Below are positions 53,722 through 63,324 of a stretch of DNA of 64,000 bases, one piece after another. The first letter of the stretch is position 1. Each line of letters begins with the position of its first letter. Below the pieces are notes generated by a model, which worked only from the letters and a program-made list of their open reading frames with translations, was not told the DNA's origin and made no database searches. The position numbers were made by a program, and so were the translations under genes. The DNA is taken from the NCBI RefSeq assembly GCF_964355755.1, contig NC_092679.1, positions 9,640,201 through 9,704,200 on the forward strand, written 5' to 3'. The stretch comes from Antedon mediterranea. Taxonomy: Eukaryota; Animalia; Echinodermata.

Positions 53722-54349
53722 TAGTGCCTTAAGGGAAAAAATGGTCAAAAACGTTACACGGATGACAAAGTTTTCAAATTTTGCACATATGTTCACTTGG
53801 ACATACAGATTAAAAAAATCACTGTAGCCAAGAAAAAAAATGTATTTTATGACCATATTTGGAGTATTTTCAAAATGGCCGCCAAAACAAAATGATGGTC
53901 CATATCTTAGTAACCGGTAGGGGTACAGAGTTCATTTTAGTGTTAAATTGCTTAGAACACATATGTTTCTATTCACTCTAATACAACATTTTATTAGAAA
54001 ATGGCCGAAATCATCATTTCCAGAATTGTGACCTTTGACCCTAGTATGGTCATATCTCGATAACTACTGACAGTAGAAACATGAGGTTGGTCTTAAAATA
54101 TTCACAATATACATGTTAGTATTTGGTCTAACGAACTATTTTTCCCAAAAGTGACTGGAAATCATAATATTGACCTTTGACCCGATAACCTCAAATTTCG
54201 TTACCAAATGCGCATAACATCAAAATATTGGGCTTAAATTGTCAAAAATGTATATTTTTGTATTAATTAAGGTAATGACTGAATTTGTCAATTGACCAGA
54301 AGTAATTATATTAACTTTTGACTTAAATTTTGTTTTATATCACTACAAC
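53722..54349 (+). repeat. Left terminal inverted repeat (core 53743-54349, 607 bp)
   Basis: Reverse complement of 59213-59819 with only three mismatches found by eye. The outermost ~20 bp differ apart from TAGTG and GTGCCTTA. Confidence 0.97.
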
Positions 54350-54642
54350 ATTGGCAGTAAATCGTCAAACACTTATTTTTCACGCAATACATTGTTTTCT
54401 CAACAAATTTAAACAATTACTTTTTCATATGATATGTTTGTTTAGAATGATTCAGATTGTTGTATCTAGAGATATGGCCTACCTGGTTATGTGTAGAGGA
54501 ATGTTACATTTTACTATGCGTGATTACATTTCCAGATTATTTTCTGCAAGTTGTAAGCTTCAATAAATTAATATAACTGTTTTGCAGTGTATTATATTTA
54601 CAGTTTACACTTCTTCATTTTATATTTCAAACCTCAGTTATT

Positions 54643-54673
54643 AAAAAATAAAATAAATAAATAATAATAATAA
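54643..54673. repeat. A-rich simple repeat (AAAT/AAT)n in the transposase 3' region
   Basis: AAAAAATAAAATAAATAAATAATAATAATAA seen directly. Confidence 0.8.
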
Positions 54674-54739
54674 GTATTAACTATGTCTTAGAAATAATAA
54701 ATTCTGACACGGATCGTCTGTATTCAATTACGAGTAATA

Positions 54740-55018
54740 TTATCTGGGACATTTGCAGCTGCACAGTTCTGTACAAGGGAGGTTGGATTTGGCACATTTG
54801 CAAGTCACACAACCACGGTCAGATTTGCAGCCACATTTGATAAGTTCATTGCAGGCCTTGGCTGCTTCTGGTTTAGTCATCCAAACTGGCTTCCAATGTG
54901 TGTCTTCTAATGTCCAACCCCAATCTTCTGGAGTAGGAATAGTTGGTTCAGCATTCTGACAAGTGGTCCATATACCTCCTTGATATATGGCTCTTTTCAC
55001 ATGTTGAAGTAATGCATC
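54740..55018 (-). CDS. Last exon: PEDWGW motif and Cys-rich (CXC/tesmin-like, 'Cys8') finger
   Basis: DALLQHVKRAIYQGGIW...PTPEDWGW...CNELIKCGCKSDRGCVTCKCAKSNLPCTELCSCKCPR-stop. Confidence 0.87.
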   Translation of the reverse strand, partial: DALLQHVKRAIYQGGIWTTCQNAEPTIPTPEDWGWTLEDTHWKPVWMTKPEAAKACNELIKCGCKSDRGCVTCKCAKSNLPCTELCSCKCPR

Positions 55019-55127
55019 CTACAATATAAATGTAATATAATGTACAAACAATGCTGTTTAGTTGAATAAAAAAAAGTATGCACTAAGTATAAGTTTAATT
55101 GTATTCCAACCATTCAATTTTAATTAC
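55019..55127 (-). other. 109-nt phase-0 GT-AG spliceosomal intron
   Basis: Minus strand CAG|GTAATT ... TTTATATTGTAG|GAT; AT-rich; removal joins the two ORFs in frame. Confidence 0.9.
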
Positions 55128-56187
55128 CTGGGTGGGTGGAACATGAGCAATATCCTTGTTCTTCTGTGAAAACATATTTCGACGGGCTTCATTTACTGAT
55201 AATGATATGCTGCTTTTGTTGTATAGAAGAATAGTGAGCCGCTCAATATGTTTGAAGTTGAGAGAAAGACAGTCAACTTGTTGAAAAGGATGTCTGTACA
55301 TGGAAAGAAATGCCTCTGTTGCCTCTGGAAATGATTTCCATGCTTTCCAAGCACTCTTCTTACTCTTACCGAAAAATGAGGATGTAGTGTCACAACCTGA
55401 AAAAGCATGGAAAAGTGGAAGGGCGCATGCCATGCTTTCACCTAGGTGTCTACACATGTTGTTGATGTTATAGTAACAGAAGTGATTACCAGTGCCGAAT
55501 GCAACCCACAGTTTCAGTTCAGGAAATCGATGGCAAAGATTGAAAAATTGACCAATTAGAATGATGATAATGTCAGTATCCACAGTTCGCACCATGATTT
55601 GTCTTGCACCATGCTCCAACGAGTGCACCAAATGAATTACAATCCTGGTATCTGCTTCTTCTTGTGTTGAGTTACTCATGTTGTTTCCTTTAGATATGAC
55701 TGATGTACCCTTTGTTATGTACACATTCTTGTTGTCTGTAAATGATTGTTGTTCAACTAACTCAGACAAATATAGGAATAGTTCCTCTTTGTTTTTGGAA
55801 TTAAGAAGGAAGTCTTTCCACTTGACAGGTGTCTTGGTTTTTGGTTCTACTTTTAAGCGTACACCTTTACCTCTCTTCTCTCTAGTAGATTCTTTAATGC
55901 TTGATGAAATATATCTATCCCACACAACATCTATGCGGCTGGTTGTCAATAATTCACGCTTAATAAAACCTAAAAATACTTGCTGGCCAAATTCAAGAAA
56001 GGTAGGCGCAGTGGGCAAAGTGTGTATAAGAGTTCCTCCGTCAAATATTTTTGCATCAAAGCGGTTTGGTGGTTCTTCTTTACCGTCACAGTTAAGACAT
56101 TTCAGTAACTCTGACTTTGTCCCAAAGCGAAGCTTACCATCGTCTGAGAGAGCAGGTGGATAAAATTGGTTCTCATGTGAGAAAAAA
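55128..56187 (-). CDS. XPG/FEN1-like (PIN-fold) nuclease portion of the transposon protein
   Basis: Acidic motifs in FEN/XPG order: IFDGG, DVVWDRY..SIKESTREKRG, QEEADTRI, TVDTDI, FSGCDTTSSFFGKSK (helix-turn-helix motif). Confidence 0.85.
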
Positions 56188-58303
56188 CAGCAAGGTCGCC
56201 GTCTCTTTGCTGGTTTGCAATGTATAATCGAGCAAACAGACTAATCTCATCGCGAGCAGCACTTAACTTATTATTTTTCTGTTTGCATTTAGGCTTTCTT
56301 GATTTCAGTAGTGCCAGTGAATTTTTCTTTATGGAATCGTGGATTGACTTGCTTTTGTCTTCAAGTACTTCTTTCTTAAACGTATTGTAACGTGATTTTC
56401 CTATTTTCTCTACCGTTCGAACGGTGGTAATAACCGACTCTTCTGCACAATATCTGGTGTTCAAAATCAGCAGCTCTGGACAGTCATCTTGAAACGGATT
56501 TCCAAATCCTCTGATTACTTCAATCAAACTCTTGCTTTGTTTTTGAAAGGTTAGCTGCGTTGAAATGCCCTCTTCATGGTGATTGAAATTTACTTCAGGA
56601 TCTTCTGGTCGCGTGTAACCCTCTTCAAACTCTGTTAAAAGCCGTGCCTGTTCTGGTCCACTAATCATCCATCTTTTGAATGCAGTAGGATTTTCAGTAA
56701 GGCCCACAGCTCCTCCTTTACCCTTAACCTTTGCATTATCCTGCTCATGTGCCTGATCTCTGGGGATACAGGAGAATCTGTTGTTATTCTTGTTAACAAC
56801 CCAATTTTTGTAGATATCTTCCTTGATAGCAGATGGTAGTGCTTTCATGTCACGGATGTGAACACTTACCCAACGACTGTAATTCTGATGGTCAAATGCG
56901 AAAAACAGGTAGATAAGTGCTTCAAGGGCTTCTACAAAAAGTGGGAAGTTTCTTTCACGATGCGCTCGGATAAAAATAAGTATGAGGACTTCGGAATTTA
57001 GGACAATGTCCCAAAATTGAAAAGTAGGACTTTTATCAATCATGTCGAGTCGCCATCCTTCGAAGCTTGTATTCTCGTTACTGAACATTTCACTTTTCTC
57101 GTAAGCCTCACGCTGTAGCTTATGTAGTACAAGAGATGTTACTTGGTGGGCATGACGAGTACGAGTAATATGGGAACATGTCAAAAAGGAGTCAACTACC
57201 CCTGAAGTACCAATACCAGCTTCAGTAAGAGCATTAGTCCATCCAGAGCAGGCTAAAAAATCGCCAAGAGCATTCCATAATCCCTTTTCTAGATGAAGGC
57301 CTCCAAAAAGGATAACATATTTGTCCTCTCCATAGATGTCTGGCCATTTCCATTGAATGTATTTGGATTTTGCAAAAATAGGACAATCACATGCCATTAC
57401 CGGGATCTGACCAGGGTTAAAAAATTCTGTTGTTGATTGTAAGATGTTCATACCATGTTTTATCATCGCTATAGAATCTGCTTTTTCCTGAAAAAGTGGC
57501 AATAAAGAGCTAATTGCACGTGGATTATACGAATACGATTGAAGAGAGGCGTGATAAGCTGCCCAAGAAATAGGTTGTCCTTTTGTAAGCGTTTCCAACT
57601 TCAGAAGATCCATGGCATGCCTCATCCACTCTCCTTCCCTCTCTTGAGCCATATGTAGGTTTCCTTCAAACGCAATTGGGTTACTATTCGGCACAGACGT
57701 CGTTAAAATATTGAAGGAAGCAGCTGGTACTACAGAATACGTTTCTGGTAGTTCAGGCTTTACCATCATCGCATTCTCAAACTGTAAAGTTGCTGCCTCT
57801 CTGCGTATTCCTAGGTTATCAGCTGATGGCTGTTGGACTATGCTAATTCCAGTCCCATGAAATGATCCTTGTGCTGTGGTAGAAGAAGGATTATAGTCTA
57901 AATTGTCTAATGCTCCAATTACTGCCAAACCTTTCCGAAGATTAGACGGACACACAATATCATCAGTCTTGAACTGCTTACACATCGAGTAAGTTAGAGA
58001 TTCCTCAAGTTGAAGGATTCGTTTGTAGTTGATGCTTATACCTAACTGTGCAAGTTGATCTATGAGTAGCTTACTTCTGGTATTGGTGTGAATAAGCATC
58101 CCAATGTAAATTGGTAGAGGTGGTTCTCGGTTTAGGTTATGACGCTCAGTAGGCCTACCAGTTTCTTCTCTTACCTTCTTCTTGGAGTTATAAGAAATCA
58201 ATTGGGATATTGTAAGGCATGTCTGTGAATTGTCAACGTGCTCCTTCGTGTTTGGCCCATATAAAATCATAGCTATCAGCATTTTTAAACTTGGTGATAC
58301 CAT
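56188..58303 (-). CDS. DDE-type transposase portion
   Basis: Long ORF inside TIRs. Candidate catalytic motifs IGALDNLD, VMACDCP, FGGLH and DQAHEQDN, with a long insert between the second D and the E. Confidence 0.82.
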
Positions 58304-58341
58304 CTCTTGGCAACGAGGAGGAAATGCCCCTGTTTACTTAC

Positions 58342-58381
58342 ACCTAGTCTAGTCATAGGACTAGTGTCTCGAACATAAATT
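58342..58381 (-). other. Putative 40-nt 5' (probably non-coding) exon of the transposase transcript
   Basis: Preceded by acceptor TATATATTTCACAG (AG at 58383-58382) and followed by GTAAGT (58341-58336). An upstream donor AAGTG|GTAAGT starts at 58909. Confidence 0.55.
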
Positions 58382-58957
58382 CTGTGAAATATATAGAGTA
58401 AACTTAAACAAATAACAATCCTGATAGTTAAAAAATAAATATGAATGTTTTTCTTTTATTCATTTTCTATCATTCATGTTTTAACCAAAATACGTGTAAG
58501 AAGCAATTCCTGTACCTATTGGTCCTAAACCTATAGCCTACATCAATTATTTAAAGTTATTAAAAAAAATTGTAATTATTTAAATTATTTAAAGTTAAAT
58601 TTAATAATGATGTGTAATTGCAATATAATTTTTCACAAAACTACACTTGGGACTCCCTGTAACTAAGCATTTGCTAGGCCTATGAGAGGCATCCGCTTTG
58701 CATTGCCACAGTCGTTTTCGCCGTGGAGGTATGCCTAGCAACGAGCCTGTGTTAGCCTAGCCTAATTGATAATCAATTTAAATGCTTAAAAGAAACAAGA
58801 AAGTAAATTAATGGTAACCTAATGCTTTAAAGTGGTAAATCAATATATATATTTAATAAAAACACTTGTTTGAAATCAACAACTGCTTTATAAGCATAAA
58901 AATACTTACCACTTGGCAATTATCCACCTGTCAACACGTTTGACTTCATAAACTTTT

Positions 58958-58967
58958 AGCCAATCAG
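58958..58967. promoter_or_regulatory. CCAAT box (AGCCAATCAG), candidate transposase promoter element
   Basis: Matches the NF-Y consensus and lies ~50 bp upstream of the first predicted minus-strand splice donor. Confidence 0.5.
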
Positions 58968-59212
58968 AATGCCGGATTTTATGAATACTCATTTTGGAGG
59001 GAAATCTTTGTCTAGGTAATACTATAGTAATTGATTGTATATAAAAGGGGTTCTATGGACCTTAAATAATGAAATCATTGTTATTATTAGTATTTATTAT
59101 TCTCAAATAGAAACTATTATAACAAATATTGTGATTTATTTTAACTGGTCTTTGGAATGTTAAAAAATAGATTATGTCGAAAAGGCACTGCTTCTCTATA
59201 ACACTGAAGTTA

Positions 59213-59835
59213 GTTGTAGTGATATAAAACAAAATTTAAGTCAAAAGTTAATATAATTACTTCTGGTCAATTGACAAATTCAGTCATTACCTTAATTAAT
59301 ACAAAAATATACATTTTTGACAATTTAAGCCCAATATTTTGATGTTATGCGCATTCGGTAACGAAATTTGAGGTTATCGGGTCAAAGGTCAATATTATGA
59401 TTTCCAGTCACTTTTGGGAAAAATAGTTCGTTAGACCAAATACTAACATGTATATTGTGAATATTTTAAGACCAACCTCATGTTTCTACTGTCAGTAGTT
59501 ATCGAGATATGACCATACTAGGGTCAAAGGTCACAATTCCGGAAATGATGATTCCGGCCATTTTCTAATAAAATGTTGTATTAGAGTGAATAGAAACATA
59601 TGTGTTCTAAGCAATTTAACACTAAAATGAACTCTGTACCCCTACCGGTTACTAAGATATGGACCATCATTTTGTTTTGGCGGCCATTTTGAAAATACTC
59701 CAAATATGGTCATAAAATACATTTTTTTTCTTGGCTACAGTGATTTTTTTAATCTGTATGTCCAAGTGAACATATGTGCAAAATTTGAAAACTTTGTCAT
59801 CCGTGTAACGTTTTTGACCCTAAGGCACCCCACTA
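59213..59835 (-). repeat. Right terminal inverted repeat (core 59213-59819)
   Basis: Reverse complement of the left TIR; ends ...GACCCTAAGGCACCCCACTA. Confidence 0.97.
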
Positions 59836-62792
59836 ATTGGTGTTTTTATGTTAACAAGTTTTTTCGAAAATCACAAAATTGTCTAAAACGACTCCAAATG
59901 CGATTTGAAGCTATTCTGTATACTTTGGTGTTTTTATGTTAACAAGTTTTTTCGAAAATCACAAAATGGTCTAAAACGTCTCCAAATGCGATTTGAAGCT
60001 ATTCTAAGCACTTTGGTGTTTTTATGGTAACAAGTTTTTTCGAAAATCACAAAATGGTCTAAAACGTCTCCAAATGCGATTTGAAGCTATTCTGTACACT
60101 TTGATGTTTTAATGTTAACAAGTTTTTTCGAAAATTACAAAATGGTCTAAAACGTTTCCAAATGCGATTTGAAGCTATTCTGTACACTTTGATGTTTTGT
60201 GTGAAAATTTTCTGTCGAAATGCTCAAAATGGTCAAAAACGTTTTTAAATACGATATTAAGCTACTTTGTGCTCTTTGATGTTTTTGTATGAAATGTTTT
60301 ATCGAAATGCTCAAAATGGTCTAAAACGGTTTCTAATAGTGATTTCAAGCACTTTGGTGTTTTTGTGTAACCAAGTTTTTCGAAAATCACAAAATTGTCT
60401 AAAACGTCTCCAAATGCGATTTGAAGCTATTCTGTACACTTTGATGTTTTTATGTTAACAAGTTTTTCGAAAATCACAAAATGGTCTAAAACGTCTCCAA
60501 ATGCGATTTTAAGCTATTCTAAGCACTTTGGTGTTTTTATGTTATCAAGTTTTTTTGAAAATCACAAAATGGTCTAAAACGTCTCTAAATGCGATTTGAA
60601 GCTTTTCTGTACACTTTGATGTTTTTATGTTAACAACTTTTTTCGAAAATCACAAAATGGTCTAAAATGTCTCCAAATGCGATTTGAAGCTATTCTAAGC
60701 ACTTTTGTGTTTTTATGGAAACAATTTTTTTCGAAAATCACAAAATGGTCTAAAACGTCTCCAATAGCGATTTGAAGCTTTTCTGTACACTTTGGTGTTT
60801 TTATGTTAACAAGTTTTTTCGAAAATCACAAAATGGTCTAAAACGTCTCCAAATGCGATTTGAAGCTATTCTGTACACTTTGATGTTTTTATGTTAACTA
60901 GTTTTTTCGAAAATCACAAAATGGTCTAAAACGTTTCCAAATGCGATTTGAAGCTATTCTGTACACTTTGATGTTTTGTGTGAAAATTTTCTGTCGAAAT
61001 GCTCAAAATGGTCAAAAACGTTTTTAAATACGATATTAAGCTACTTTGTGCTCTTTGATGTTTTTGTGTGAAATGTTTTATCGAAATGCTCAAAATGGTC
61101 TAAAACGGTTTCTAATGTGATTTCAAGCACTTTGATGTTTTTGTATAACCAAGTTTTTCGAAAATCACAAAATTGTCTAAAACGTCTCCAAATGCGATTT
61201 GAAGCTATTCTGTACACTTTGATGTTTTTATCTTAACAAGTTTTTCGAAAATCACAAAATGGTCTAAAACGTCTCCAAATGCGATTTTAAGCTATTCAGT
61301 ACACTTTGATGTTTTTATGTTAACAAGTTTTTCGAAAATCACAAAATGGTCTAAAACGTCTCCAAATGCGATTTTAAGCTATTCTAAGCACTTTGGTGTT
61401 TTTATGTTAACAAGTTTTTTTGAAAATCACAAAATGGTCTAAAACGTCTCTAAATGCGATTTGAAGCTTTTCTGTACACTTTGATGTTTTTAAGTTAACA
61501 ACTTTTTTCGAAAATCACAAAATGGTCTAAAATGTCTCCAAAATGCGATTTGAAGCTATTCTAAGCACTTTGGTGTTTTTATGGAAACAATTTTTTTCGA
61601 AAATCACAAAATGGTCTAAAACGTCTCCAATAGCGATTTGAAGCTTTTCTGTACACTTTGGTGTTTTTATGTTAACAAGTATTTTCGAAAATCACAAAAT
61701 GGTCTAAAACGTCTCCAAATGCGATTTGAAGCTATTCTGTACACTTTGATGTTTTTATGTTAACAAGTTTTTTCGAAAATCACAAAATGGTCTAAAACGT
61801 CTAGAAATGCGATTTGAAGCTATTCTGTACACTTTGATGTTTTTATGTTAAGTTTTTTCGAAAATCACAAAATGGTCTAAAACGTTTCCAAATGCGATTT
61901 GAAGCTATTCTGTACACTTTGATGTTTTGTGTGAAAATTTTCTGTCGAAATGCTCAAAATGGTCAAAAACGTTTTTAAATACGATATTAAGCTACTTTGT
62001 GCTCTTTGATGTTTTTGTCTGAAATGTTTTATCGAAATGCTCAAAATGGTCTAAAACGGTTTCTAATGTGATTTCAAGCACTTTGATGTTTTTGTGTAAC
62101 CAAGTTTTTCGAAAAACACAAAATTGTCTAAAACGTCTCTAAATGCGATTTGAAGCTATTCTGTACACTTTGATGTTTTTATGTTAACAAGTTTTTCGAA
62201 AATCACAAAATGGTCTAAAACGTCTCCAAATGCGATTTTAAGCTATTCTAAGCACTTTGGTGTTTTTATGTTAACAAGTTTTTTTGAAAATCACAAAATG
62301 GTCTAAAACGTCTCTAAATGCGATTTGAAGCTTTTCTGTACACTTTGATGTTTTTATGTTAACAACTTTTTTCGAAAATCACAAAATGGTCTAAAATGTC
62401 TCCAAATGCGATTTGAAGCTATTCTAAGCACTTTGGTGTTTTTATGGAAACAATTTTTTTCGAAAATCACAAAATGGTCTAAAACGTCTCCAAATGCGAT
62501 TTGAAGCTATTCTGTACACTTTGATGTTTTTATGTTAACAAATTTTTTCAAAAATCACAAAATGGTCTAAAACGTCTACAAATGCGATTTGAAGCTATTC
62601 TGTACACTTTGATGTTTTTATGTTAACAAGTTTTTTCGAAAATCACAAAATGGTCTAAAACGTCTACAAATGCGATTTGAAGCTATTCTAAGCACTTTTG
62701 TGTTTTTATGTTAACAAATTTTTTCGAAACTCACAAAATGGTCTAAAACGTCTCCAAATGCGATTTGAAGCTATTTTAAGCACTTTGGTGTT
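59836..62792. repeat. 88-bp satellite resumes in the same orientation and phase (~34 monomers)
   Basis: Continues ATTGGTGTTTTTATGTTAAC, the remainder of the interrupted monomer. Contains three variant cassettes. Confidence 0.99.
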
Positions 62793-63057
62793 TGTAATAA
62801 AGCGACACTTTATTAATAACTCGTACACGAAGGCTTAATTTTTATGCAGGGTTTATTCCTTCAATAACGTATGATACTACAATACATATCCTGGAAACAC
62901 TGATAATAAATTGTAAGGCCTCGCACATAACACCGCCTTCGACCACAATGTCCCTTTCAATGCCGTTTTACGTGATTGGCATTATACTGTAGTGTACAAG
63001 CATAATTTGCATATAAGTGTACAAATACCACAACAATAGAGGGCGCACACTTTAACA
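62793..63057 (-). repeat. 3' LTR, 265 bp (TGTTA...TTACA on minus strand)
   Basis: Begins right after the PPT and ends at the satellite junction. Minus-strand AATAAA at 62852-62857 and 62809-62814; CCAAT at 62975-62979. The partner LTR is not in the window. Confidence 0.8.
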
Positions 63058-63067
63058 TGGCTCCCTT
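63058..63067 (-). other. Polypurine tract AAGGGAGCCA
   Basis: Immediately precedes the TGT start of the LTR; GGGAGCCA-TGT resembles junctions I recall from animal BEL/Pao elements. Confidence 0.75.
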
Positions 63068-63324
63068 GCAAACGATACTAGAGATCTTTGCAAAACATAA
63101 AATATAATAACACATTACAAACATTAAACAGCACGATCAAGTTATAAAGGCTCCACTGACGGGGATTTGAAACAATAATGAAATTACTTATGATTAAGAC
63201 TTAAGGTCTATTCAATCAAAGATTATCATCAGTATAGGCGAATCGCCAAAATCCATATTATTCGCAATACATTTTATAAAAGAGCATGGCTAACCATGAT
63301 TCTAGTATTATCAAGTTCATAAGT

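Larger units (their letters stand above)
54740..58303 (-). pseudogene. Academ transposase-XPG nuclease-Cys finger gene, reconstructed ~1151 aa (one intron, one frameshift, probably N-terminally truncated)
   Basis: Joins ORFs 56102-58303, 55095-56018 and 54740-55000. Adding one T in the run at 56182-56187 gives ..GDLAVFFSHENQFYPPALSDDGKLRFGTKSELL..IFDGGTLIHTLPTAP.. in frame. Splicing out 55019-55127 gives ..VPPTQ|DALLQHVKRAIYQ. Confidence 0.85.
53722..59835 (-). mobile_element. Academ-superfamily (AcademX-type) DNA transposon, 6114 bp, probably defective
   Basis: 5'-TAG...CTA-3' termini, 3-bp TSD, ~620-bp TIRs and one gene combining DDE-type transposase, XPG-like nuclease and C-terminal Cys-rich finger. 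This combination matches the published description of Academ/AcademX. Confidence 0.88.

Noticed and set aside
53647-53856. Paired ORFs MVIKYIFF.. (also 59706-59942)
   Set aside because: Mirror images created by the TIRs that run out into satellite; no protein features.
55095-56018. Independent host XPG/FEN1 gene
   Set aside because: It lies inside TIRs, lacks its own ATG and is continuous with the transposase once the frameshift is repaired.
54330-56163. ORFs 54330-54566, 54753-54959, 55193-55441, 55678-56163
   Set aside because: Antisense or alternative-frame shadows of the transposon gene, or AT-rich noise.
58349-58364. Hairpin CTAGTC-ATAG-GACTAG suggesting a Helitron end
   Set aside because: Only a 6-bp stem, internal to the element, with no other Helitron features.
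53722-59835. CACTA/EnSpm classification (CACTA motif, 3-bp TSD)
   Set aside because: The ends read TAGTG...CACTA, the reverse arrangement of CACTA...TAGTG, and the protein has the Academ architecture.
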